DNA from: Macrostomum hystrix
Taxonomy: Eukaryota; Animalia; Platyhelminthes
Length of the DNA stretch: 64,000 nt
Assembly: GCA_950097015.1 (NCBI GenBank)
Contig: CATNEN010000038.1
Span: 33,356,001-33,420,000 of the forward strand
Direction: 5' to 3'
Every line of letters starts with the position of its first letter. Within the stretch, counting starts at the first letter, position 1. This document shows, piece after piece, positions 33,501 through 45,500 of the stretch. A program made the translations under genes and the position numbers. The notes beneath the pieces were generated by a model. The model did not search any database and was not told the DNA's origin. It saw only the letters and a list, made by a program, of their open reading frames with translations.

Positions 33501-36500
33501 ACAAAGGTCAAGTGGCTTACTCGCTCCTTATCGCTGAACATGTCAATAGGCTCCATCTTGTTGATGCAGAGCTTGATGAAAAATGGCAGGCCAAGGCCAA
33601 GGTCGATGTCGAATACGTTGGATCCGATGGCATTTGACACGGCCATGTCGCCGCAACCGTCTTTAGCGACTATGATGGAGCTGAGAAGATCCTATAAGCA
33701 GAGAACACATTTTCCTTAGTTTTCCTAGTTTAACAGTAGAAAGACCACCGAGGTGTCTTTCTACTAAATTTATTTAGTTAGTCAATCCCCTATAGTTAAC
33801 AAAGATGGCCGACTTGGTTAATTTGAAATTTTGTGAGCAAAAAATGATGCCTATATTTGGGGTTCTTGCTACCAGACAACTCCGACGACAATCGTTGAAT
33901 ATCTCAACGATGCCGATGTCTTGTGATTCTGGAAGTTGTTTCATCGGAAAGAGCAGAAAATTCTAGCCCGTTTTCTGGATATTCATCGCGATTGGTTGAA
34001 TATTTTCTACTAGGAAAGGGCTCTCGATCCTTCCGCATCGTCTTCCTCTTCCACACTGTCGTGCTCCTCTTCGTACACATAATCACTGAAAGCATCGAAA
34101 TTTATCATCGACTCACTGGAATGCTGGTGCCAGCGGCTAGGAAAACCAGCGACATGACAAACGTGTCAACGCCAAGAAGACAGCCAAGACGGGCTACGAC
34201 TGTCACCATGCAGAAGGACACGGCTGCGATCCACAGGATGGACACAATGAAGCTTAGCACGAAGTATTTTCTGGAATGTGGCTCCGCAGCGTATTGTATA
34301 GTGCTAACAATATAAATTGTGTGTTTTAGAATGACTTCAGTTCGACTAGTCTATGGACTGAACAGCGGAACGCAGCCTTTAGCAACAGCTGCGGCTGTGC
34401 TGTCGGCTGCACATCTGACCCTATTGAGGCAGATGTAATCAATAACAATTTGGTGACAGTAGACCCGCACCTATGTCACACAAACCTACATGGTTACGAT
34501 GGACAGGCACTCTCACACGTGTGTAAATGGGCGCTATACTCACTCACTGTGCTTTGGGGGCCCGACACTCACTAGCGTTAATTGCAGGACAAACCTTCTC
34601 ATCGCGGCTTGTCTATTGTATAGCGCTAATAGCATCAAAATGGTCAATTTAAGAACTTGATTACAGTCCAGCTCCTGAATCTCACTTCAGATCCTCTCTC
34701 GAGCACTCTGGAATGGTCCAGCTGAACAGGCAAATGAATGGAAATGCCAGAACGAAAACGATCCACTTCAGGACGTAGACAGTCAGCTGCCCGCAGCTGG
34801 CCGGCTCGCCGTCCTCGCCAGTCGGCCGCTCAGGAGGGGCGCCGCGGATGTCCGGACAGCAGGCGCAACAGGCGCAGCAGGCGATGCGGCCGCCGTTGTC
34901 ATCGTCCTCCTTGTTTTCGGTTTTCGCTACCTCGGCTTCCACGTGTTTTTCATCGCTCCCCGAGACACCGTTTTCAGCGATGGTTTTCGGCTGCTTCGAA
35001 GTTGCCTAAGCAAAGCGTTGATGATGCTCGTTTATTAGTGATGCTCATTGACTAGCGAAGTTTCCGGATTTTTCCGGTGTTATTTCGTTACAAAATCGCA
35101 CATTTTTCCCGGACTATTTGAGACGATTTTAACCCTTAGCCATATTCAAATGTTCTATGATGAATGGGGGTGAATGGCCCCATACTTCACGCAGTGGGAG
35201 TGTACACCGCCTGACAATGAGAAAGTCATGGCAGATTTATCACACCCTGTGTTAGTGTGTGCTCAGGAATGGGCAGAATTGCTTTCTTGCTGGCTGTTGG
35301 TTGACCAAATGAAGGATCTCTGTTCAAAACGCCTGCAAATATATAATTTTTTAATTCAAAGTAAAACGTCTAACCAACCTCAGATTTTCCTGGCTTGGAG
35401 TTGCTGTCAACATTCGGTGTGGCTTTAGAATGAGCCGCATTAGATTCCTTTGAAAATAATTTCGCTGATGTTTTATTTCAAAAAACTATACGACAATTAA
35501 TTTCGAAGGAATTATTTTGCTTACTTTTCCAGAATCGCCAGCCCTTAGGCTAATCTTTGAGTCGTGCAGTGCAAGTAGCACAGAGTTGCGTCTGTCATGT
35601 TTGAACTGTTTTAGTTCCCGGCGCTCGCCAATGCTCGTTGTCGACTGTGTTGCAGCCTAGTTGGTTTTAAAATATGTTTTAATAATGCTACTTAAAGTAG
35701 GCAAGTTTATATATGATAGTTTTAATGAAATTCTCATATAATAATATGAGCTAGAAATATAACATCGTTATTTGTAACTTGTTGAACTCCGTTTATTAGA
35801 TAATTGTCTATGGTCCAAACACTGTTGGCCAAAGCAAACCTTATATAATCCTGTAATGTTAATTTTGTTATACTTTTTAAAATAGTTATTTATTTATTGT
35901 TAATTTTTAATTCTTAATAATTATTAATGTTTTTTATTTTATCTTTTGTATTTGTAGTTTCCCTAGCCAAGCGTTGATGAGGCATGCAGTTATCCATTGA
36001 TGCTCATCGTTTCGCAAAATTTCCGGATATTTCCGGTGTTACGTCGAACTAAAATGGCGAATTTTTCCGTCTTTTTAGTTTAACTACTATCCATCTTTAA
36101 ATTTTCTATGATGAATGGGGGAACAATAGCCATTTTGTTTATTTTTCAGATACTAATTATTATCAATAACTTATAAAATACTTTTTTATTAAAAATCAGC
36201 TCACACTGGCGTTTGGTCCGGTGCTGGTACCATCTTCAACATCGCCGGGCTCCACCTTTGAGCTGAAATATTATCGGCTTGTTTAGGATCAAATAACAAT
36301 GTTCTAATTAATATTACTACTTACAAGTTCAGCTTTGTGATCAGAATACAATAAGTACAGATAAGTAATACAATTCAGTGCTCGCACCGGCGGGACACAG
36401 CGCCTGTGAGGTATGAGACAGACCAGGCCCACGGGCTAAGGTCTGCGATGCCTCACACCTGCAGTCGCTCCTTGAGCAGGTTTGGCAGGAAGGAGACCTG

Positions 36501-39500
36501 TGCCTTCGGGCGCAGGAATCCCTCCACGCTGTCCCGTCAGCTGACCCATGGGTACACGCCCCGCGAGTGTTCAAGGCTGCCCCTAGGGCAGCCGGACAGA
36601 ATGGGCAACAGCGCTGGATGACCCATCCAGGGCCCCTGGCCAAAATGGGCACCTCTAGCCCCGGCTGGAGGGAAAGGTGTCACCCTTTGACCTTAACAGG
36701 GTATGCGGCCTGTCCGCAGCGTTCGTGCACCTGTGCGTGATCAGGTACCTCTGGCTACGGCTCTGAGGGAAAGGTGTCACCCTTTGACCTCAACAGGGTA
36801 TGCGGCCAGTCCGCATTTTTCGTGCACCTGTGCGTGATCAGGTACCTCTGGCTACGGCTCTGAGGGAAAGGTGTCACCCTTTGACCTCAACAGGGTATGC
36901 GGCCAGTCCGCAGCGTTCGTGCACCTGTGCGTGATCAGGTACCTCTGGCTACGGCTCTGAGGGAAAGGTGTCACCCTTCGACCTTTAACAGGGCATGCGG
37001 CCAGTCCGCAGTTTTTCGCCCACCTGTGCGTGATCAGGTACCTCTGGCTCCGGCTCGGGGGGAAAGGTGTCACCCTTCGACCTTAACAGGGTATGCGGCC
37101 AGTCCGCAGCGTTCGTGCACCTGTGCGTGATCAGGTACCTCTGGCTACGGCTCTGAGGGAAAGGTGTCACCCTTCGACCTTTAACAGGGCATGCGGCCAG
37201 TCCGCAGTTTTTCGCCCACCTGTGCGTGATCAGGTACCTCTGGCTCCGGCTCGGGGGGAAAGGTGTCACCCTTCGACCTTAACAGGGTATGCGGCCAGTC
37301 CGCAGCGTTCGTGCACCTGTGCGTGATCAGGTACCTCTGGCTACGGCTCTGAGGAAAAGGTGTCACCCTTCAACCTCATAGGGTACGCAGCCAGTCTGCG
37401 GGCCCGGCACAGCCTTTTGTGCTCTCCAATGCCTAAGGTCACACCGCGCCGAGGGGCTGGGAGGTCCGGGGAGTAATCCGGCCATTAGCGGTCCTCCATT
37501 CCTTTTTTTTTCTTTGCATTCCAGCGATTTCTCGGTGATATGGAATCAAACAACCAAAAACAAACGATGGAGATCGAGGAGGTACCCACGCATCGCGAAG
37601 GGCCCTCTTCGGACAACATCACGACCACAGCAGGACCAAGCCATCCAGGACCTGCCCCACCCGGCATCGGGCCCAACGAGCCACTTAGCGCCAAGCTGAG
37701 TAGCACGTCCGGTGCAGCCCGCCGCAGACGCCTCAAGGCCAAGCTACTGGCCTCGGGTGCCCTCGAAGTGTCGAACCCTCGGCTTAGGCCGAAGGAGGCC
37801 CAGCCAGCCATTACGGGAGGCCGTCAGCCCACCTGTCCGGCCCCTGAGGAAGGCAGGGCGCCCGAAGCCAATGAAGGGTACTCTCTACCGACTTCTTCAA
37901 GTGCTTTGGACCCTCAGTCCGGTGCCAGTGTAGCCCAGCCAGCCAGGGCGGCGGGCGTGGAAGGCCCTCGGTCCCCACGCCCTGCCGCCCAGGAGGGTGG
38001 GGCCTCTGGCTCCGCGACTGGGGGGGATCGCAGCAGGCCCACCTTCGCCGCCGTCGCAAGGAGGCAGCCGGCGATCGTCATCCTTGGCAGGGACGCGCGT
38101 CTGACTGCCGACCAGCTGACACAAGCTAGCCGCGTCATCGACGGGCTCCTGTGGAAGCAAACCCTCAAGGGCACGCCCCTGGCCATTAAAACTCACGCCA
38201 CGCGGGACTCGTGCCTGCTCATCTGGCCCAGCGACGCCGAGTCAGGACGGCGCCTCCTGGAGATGCTGCCTGAGCAGAGCTGGGAAGCCAATATGGCATT
38301 TTACCGAGAAGACGAGCCACCCCAGACGAAGAGGCACCGCATCTTCGTTCCGGCGGCTAGTGTCGTTACCTCTTCAGAAGAGTTGCGAAACGGATTGCTA
38401 GCAGTCAATCGCGACTTACCTGCCGCGGGCCTAGTGGTGCACGACACCATTCAGCATCCCGAGGGTCGGGGCTTCACCGCCATTCTTGGTCTGTCGGACG
38501 TCTGGATGCGCAAGTACCCAGACGACACACAGATCGCCATCGGCCTCCTAAAGCTGCGCATCAGAGCTTTTGAGGCAGACAAGCGCCGGAAGCAGGGCGT
38601 GAACCCTACCGAGGCGGCAGCCGAAGGAGCGTCGGCCCCTAAGGCTGCTAGGCCCTCGGTCAGGAGACACAAAGCCCAGCATAGCCACGATGGAAAGGCA
38701 GAACGCGCTGCTGAGGGGGGCTCCGATCGTCACCCAGCACGCTCCACTAAAAGGAAAGGCCTGCTGCAGAGAGCTGCGGAGGCAGTCCAGTCAGCAAAGC
38801 TGACCCACCTCAGGAGAGAGGCTTCCGGCCTGTTGAGGCGGGCAGCCCAGCCTAGGGCGACTGGCGGCGCCACCGTTGGGCCTAGCTCCATGGAGCAGGG
38901 ACCTCGGGGACCACGCCAAATTGCCCAGGGCGGGACTCTCACCGAGACCATGGGCACCACGCAGATGGTGGGCTCCGCTACGGGAGAAAACAGGGCGTCT
39001 CAGGATGCCCAATACCCGCCCGCAGGTCAGGAGCCTGACCCTGTGGGGGAGCCCATGGAGACCGGCAGCCCCCGTCATCTCCCTATTACTGAAGAGGAGG
39101 AAGAGGGCCTCCTGGCCCAATCCCCTCAGAAACCAGAGGAACATCAATGAGTGAAAATTTTTGTTGCCTCCAAATAAACTCTCAGCACTGCGTGGCGGCA
39201 TCGGTTAACCTGCTGCGCGTGGCTGAGAGCACGCTCCCGAGCCTCATTTTTGTTCAGGAGCCCTGGCTTTCCAAAGGTAAGTCTACCAATATACCTTCGG
39301 GTTTTGACTGTTTTTGCATGGCGAACACCCCTCGCCCCAGATCTTTGATCCTTGCCGCAAATTCTCTGAAAGCGTGGATGAGACCCGACCTTTCCACCGG
39401 GGACATCTGCGTGATCCAAACCCTGCACATAGTGCAGCGTAAGTCTACTCTGGTGGCGTCGGTCTACCTGCCAGGCGATGCCCCCACGGTTAGCGATGCG

Positions 39501-42500
39501 TTGGTAGCTCTCTGTGACTACGCGCAGGCGCGCAATTTCGAGCTCCTCATTGCCGGTGATGTGAACGCACACCACACGCACTGGGGTAGTAAGAACATCA
39601 ACGACCGCGGCGAAGAGCTCCTCGCTTTCGTCGGTGGCACCAACCTTAATTTCTGCAATGTCGGAAGCACCCCGACTTTCGACAATGGCCGCTGGTCGGA
39701 GGTCCTCGACGTCACCCTCGCCTCCCCGGGCGTCCTCGCCAGGATATCCGGATGGAGGGTGTGGGGAGAAGAAGAGTCCCTCTCTGACCATCGCTTCATC
39801 CGTTTCGAGGTTGCAAATGCTACCCCGAAAAAAACTATCACCTGGAGCAGAAACGTCCGAAACACCGATTGGACCAGGTTCGGCCTTGAGCTGAGCAGGG
39901 GCCTGCGCGACATCGGCACCCCGGGTGAAATCACAAACTGTGACACTGCTGACGAGTTGGCCTCCAAGCTTGGAGGCACGGTCATCAATGCCTATGAGGC
40001 GGCCTGTCCCCTCAAAGCCTATAAAGGCAAAAAATCTGCCCCCTGGTGGAACCCCGAGCTCGGAATCCTGAGAAAACGAGCCAAGGCTCTGCAGAGGAGA
40101 TCTCTAAAAACCAGGACTCCTGAAGACAGAGAAGCCTATGTCCATGCTAGTCATGAGTTCAAGGGCCAAGTCAGAAGGGCAAAAGCGGCAAAATGGCGCC
40201 AATACTGCGAAGGGCTTGAGGGCTCCCGCCCCACTGCCCGCGTGGTAAAAGCGCTCACCCAAGACCGCTTCTCCAAACTATCCGTGGTAAAGAGGCCTGA
40301 TGGGTCCACCACAGATACGCCGGAAGAGACGCTCCAGCTCATGCTCGGGCATTTCTTCCCCAGCAACCAGACAGCGCAGGGCCAGCCAGACCACACTGTG
40401 GGCGGGCAAGGTCTAGCAAAGTCTCTCGTCACCAAAGACCGCATCATCCGTGCGGCAAAGTCCTTTAATCCATACAAGGCTCCGGGCCCAGACGGCATTT
40501 ACCCGGCTTTCTTGCACGAGGCAGTGAAAAATCCCTGCTTCCTGGACATTCTCTGTCAGCTTCTGCGGGCCTGCGTGGAGCTGGGCTATGTACCAGCCAC
40601 CTGGAGGGAGGCCCGCGTGGTCTTCCTTCCCAAGCCCGCAAAAGACGACTATCAATCAGTCAAGGCCTACCGTCCTATCAGCCTGACTTCCTCCTTACTG
40701 AAGCTGCTTGAGAGACTGGTGCTCTGGCGCCTCCTCTCTGTGGAGCTCAAACGCTTCCCTCTCTCTCAGAACCAGCACGCCTTTAGGGCCGGCAGATCCA
40801 CTGAGAGCGCCCTCCACTCCATCGTGGAAAAGCTGGAACGAGCAGTGCTGGGTAACAGTTTTGCTCTTTCCGTCTTCATCGACATCGAGGGGGCCTTCGA
40901 CAACGTCCGTTTCGAAGCGTTCCGTAGAGCTCTTGAATCTAGAGCCACGCACCCCCACCTTGTCCGCTGGATTATGTACATGATCCAACACCGCTCTGTT
41001 GTGGCCAACCTCAATGGGCACACGCTTTCAGCGCCATGTCCAGAAAGGGGGCCCTCAGGGCGGGGTCCTTACTCCTCTTCTTTGGAATCTTGTCATGGAT
41101 GAGCTGCTTGAAGATGCTCCGCAAGATCCGGTCCAAAAAGTGGGATACGCCGATGATGTGACCGCCACCTGTGCGGGACCTTCAGCGGAAACCACCAGAG
41201 ACCTCGTTCAGGGTTTCATCAACAGAGCTGAAAGCTGGGCGACCCGCTGCGGGCTCAGACTCTCCGAGTCCAAGACCGTGGCGATCATGTTTACCAGCAA
41301 GCTGCTTTGGACCATAAAACCCCTCACTCTCTACGGCAAGGACATCGCCATGAGCAAGCAAACTCGCTGCCTTGGTCTGATCTTGGACCATAGGTTAAAC
41401 TGGAGTCACCACCTCCGTTTCAAAACCAAGAGGGCCCTGGCGACCCTGGCGCAAGTCAGGCGAGCCGTTGGCACCACTTGGGGCCTCACCCCCCAGAAGC
41501 TCTGGTGGATCTACACCACGATCATCAGACCCTCGATCTCGTACGCCAGCCTCATATGGGCTAGCGCCACTAGCACCCAGGGAAACCTGGATGCGCTTTA
41601 CAGGGTGCAGGGCAGAGCCTGTCGCATGACCTTGGGCGCCTCACCCTCCACCCCCTTCGAAGGCATGAACGCCTTCCTGGGAGCCACCCCTCTGGACATT
41701 TTCGTCAAGGGAGAGGCCGCGAAGAGCACCAGGCGACTCATGGATGCCGGTGTGACCTTCAAATTCTCGAGGGCCTTCAAAAAGCGCTCTCTCGCTCCCC
41801 ACTCCGATCTTTGCCTCAAGATTCTGGGCGAGTGCGAAGGGCTTTACATCCTCTCCGATGCTATACCCGCCACTCTGATCCTGAGCCACAGGTACAAGGT
41901 CGAAATTCCAGCCTCGCCATGAGGCAAACGACAGCTGGGCCGACTCTGAAATCCACTGTTATACCGACGGCTCCATGATGAACGGAATCTCTGGTTTCGG
42001 AGCCTGTATCTACAAGGGAGGAGAGGTCGCCTGGACTCACTCCCAGCACACTGGAAAAAACTCCAGCGTTTTTCAGAACGAGATGCTCGCCATCAGTTCT
42101 TGTGCAGCAGAGCTGCGCCTGAGGGGGCTCACTGACCGGAAGATCTTCTTCCACTCCGACAGTCAAGCCGCCCTCCGGGCCCTCGACCGAAGCACCACCT
42201 GCTCTAAGACTACCTTGGACTGCCATGCCCAGCTCAATGAGCTGGCGCGGGCAAACGAGGTCAAGCTCAAATGGATCCCAGGCCACGCTGGCTTCCCAGG
42301 GAATGAGATGGCGGACCAGCTCGCAAAAGCTGGAGCAGCCAGCACCCTGGCGGGACCAGAACCTGGCGCTCCTATCCCCGCCAATGTGACCAACCTCAAG
42401 CTAAAACGCTGGATGGAGACACAGCATCTGGACAGATGGACCAAGACCCAGAACTGCAAGCAATCTAGGGCAGCGGTCCCTTGTCCGTCTCACCGCCTGC

Positions 42501-45500
42501 GCAAAGCCCTCTTAAAGCTAAACCGCAGGGATCTCCGCGCAGTCAGCATGGCCCTCTCAGGTCATGGCTGCTTCTCTCGGCACCGCTTTCTCCAGGGCCA
42601 GCTCCTGGAGGACAAATGCACTTTTTGTAGTTCGGGCAGTGAAAACGCCGAACACTTTATCTGCCAATGCCCAGTTTTCACCAGGGCAAGGCTTGAACAC
42701 CTTGGGCCTAACCCAACTCTCTCCGATGTTTGCAGGCCCGAGAGCATCCCTCAGCTTGCCCGGTACCTCCGGGATACTGGGCGAGCCAACGTCTTTCCCA
42801 CGGACAGTGCGGAGGACCAAGCTGCAGGCGAGTCCAACGGGCCACCCTGAGCAACACCACCTCTCCCTGAGGTCGTCTGGTTTGCCAGGGGTTAGCGGAA
42901 TGGGCGGTCCTCTCCGCCTCCTCGCTGCGTCCGTCGGTACGGAGCACCCTGCAGCTAAGTCAAGTAAGTCAATACAATTCAGTTCTCAAACTCAAAAATC
43001 ACATACTTAAACTTGAACAAAAAATCCACAAACCATTTGCAATGATTCTCAGCTTCCGCAAGCCGGTCCATGAGCCTGCTATTTAGCACCATGATGACAA
43101 TGTACAGCGCGTACAGAACTAGCAATATCACCGCGTCCCAGATCTGTACCACAGAGTCGTACATCACAAAGATGAAGAACAGAATAGAGACCAGGTACCA
43201 AGTGGCGTCGCGAGCCAAAGGTCGCCAGTCTAAGGTCAGAACCTGAGGTTCGGTTTTTCGGAATTGTCTTTTTAAACCTTTTGTATTTAGAATGAGTCAA
43301 TTTGTTACTTTGAGTCACTCCCTAAGCACTCTCTATGTCACAGCGTTACTTAAAATTACAAATTTATAAGCTTGTAACTTTGTTATTTTTGCTAGTGCTT
43401 TCTAAGAAAATAAATTTAAATCTCAAGTTTCTAAGAATCATATCCGATGAAGTCTGACAATTAAATATATTTAAGTACAGTGTCAGCAGCCGTAATGTAC
43501 AGTAAGTGAAGAGAATGCCAGTCTCACCTGTCCAGCGAAGGCTGCTGAAAGTGACACAATCACTAGCAGGTTGAACACGGCGGACCTGCGGGTTTTTAAT
43601 TACTCGGTGAGATTTAGAAGGTGCATAAGTTCGGATAATTCACTCACCCTGCAATGGTGCCCCACAACCTTCACTCACCCTGCAATGGTGCCCACATCCT
43701 TCACTCAACCTGCAATGGTGCCCACATCCTTCGCTCACCCTGCAATGGTGCCCACATCCTTCACTCACCCTGCAATGGAGCCCACACCCTTCACTCAACC
43801 TGCAATGGAGCCCACACCCTTCACTCACCCTGCAATGGTGCCCCACACCCTTCACTCACCCTGCAATGGTGCCCCACACCCTTCACTCACCCTGCAATGG
43901 TGCCCTGCACCCTTCACTCAACCCTGCAATGGTGCCCCACAACCTTCACGATCAACCTGCAATGGTGCCCCACAACCTTCACTCAACCCTGCAATGGTGC
44001 CCCACAACCTTCACTCACCCTGCAATGGTGCCCCACACCCTTCACTCACCCTGCAATGGTGCCTCACTCCCTTCACTCACCCTGCAATGGTGCCCTGCAC
44101 CCTTCACTCAACCCTGCAATGGTGCCCCACAACCTTCACTCAACCCTGCAATGGTGCCCCACAACCTTCACTCAACCCTGCAATGGTGCCCCACAACCTT
44201 CACTCAACCCTGCAATGGTGCCCCACACCCTTCACTCACCCTGCAATGGTGCCTCACTCCCTTCACTCACCCTGCAATGGTGCCCTGCACCCTTCACTCA
44301 ACCCTGCAATGGTGCCCCACAACCTTCACTCAACCTGCAATGGTGCCCCACAACCTTCACTAAACCCTGCAATGGTGCCCCACACCCTTCACTCACCCTG
44401 CAATGGTGCCCTGCACCCTTCACTCAACCCTGCAATGGTGCCCCACACCCTTCACTAAACCTGCAATGGTGCCCACACCCTTCACTCACCCTGCAATGGT
44501 GCCCACACCCTTCACTCACCCTGCAATGGTGCCCCACACCCTTCACTAAACCTGCAATGGTGCCCCACACCCTTCACTAAACCTGCAATGGTGCCCCACA
44601 CCCTTCAAACAACCTGCAATGGTGCCTCACACCCTTCACTCACCCTGCAATGGTGCCCACACCCTTCACTCAACCTGCAATGGTGCCTCACACCCTTCAC
44701 TCAACCTGCAATGGTGCCCCACACCCTTCACTCACCCTGCAATGGTGCCCCACACCCTTCACTCACCCTGCAATGGTGCCCCACACCCTTCACTCACCCT
44801 GCAATGGTGCCTCACACCCTTCACTCACCCTGCAATGGTGCCCTGCACCCTTCACTCAACCCTGCAATGGTGCCCCACACCCTTCACTCACCCTGCAATG
44901 GTGCCCTGCACCCTTCACTCAACCCTGCAATGGTGCCCCACACCCTTCACTAAACCTGCAATGGTGCCCACACCCTTCACTCACCCTGCAATGGTGCCCA
45001 CACCCTTCACTCACCCTGCAATGGTGCCCCACACCCTTCACTAAACCTGCAATGGTGCCCCACACCCTTCACTAAACCTGCAATGGTGCCCCACACCCTT
45101 CACTCAACCTGCAATGGTGCCTCACACCCTTCACTCACCCTGCAATGGTGCCCACACCCTTCACTCAACCTGCAATGGTGCCTCACACCCTTCACTCAAC
45201 CTGCAATGGTGCCCCACACCCTTCACTCACCCTGCAATGGTGCCCCACACCCTTCACTCACCCTGCAATGGTGCCCCACACCCTTCACTAAACCTGCAAT
45301 GGTGCCCCACACCCTTCACTAAACCTGCAATGGTGCCCCACACCCTTCACTCAACCTGCAATGGTGCCTCACACCCTTCACTCACCCTGCAATGGTGCCC
45401 ACACCCTTCACTCAACCTGCAATGGTGCCTCACACCCTTCACTCAACCTGCAATGGTGCCTCACACCCTTCACTCAACCTGCAATGGTGCCCCACACCCT

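Larger units (their letters stand above)
36380..42970 (+). mobile_element. Full-length non-LTR retrotransposon (RNase H-bearing, LOA/Lian-like) in NCKX intron 5
   Basis: 13-bp TSD AATACAATTCAGT (36367-36379, 42971-42983); ORF1 plus ORF2; AAGTC-type tail. Confidence 0.93.

Noticed and set aside
36950-36970. Hammerhead ribozyme core (ctga...gaaa)
   Set aside because: No CUGANGA-stem II-GAAA arrangement; the spacing is incompatible.
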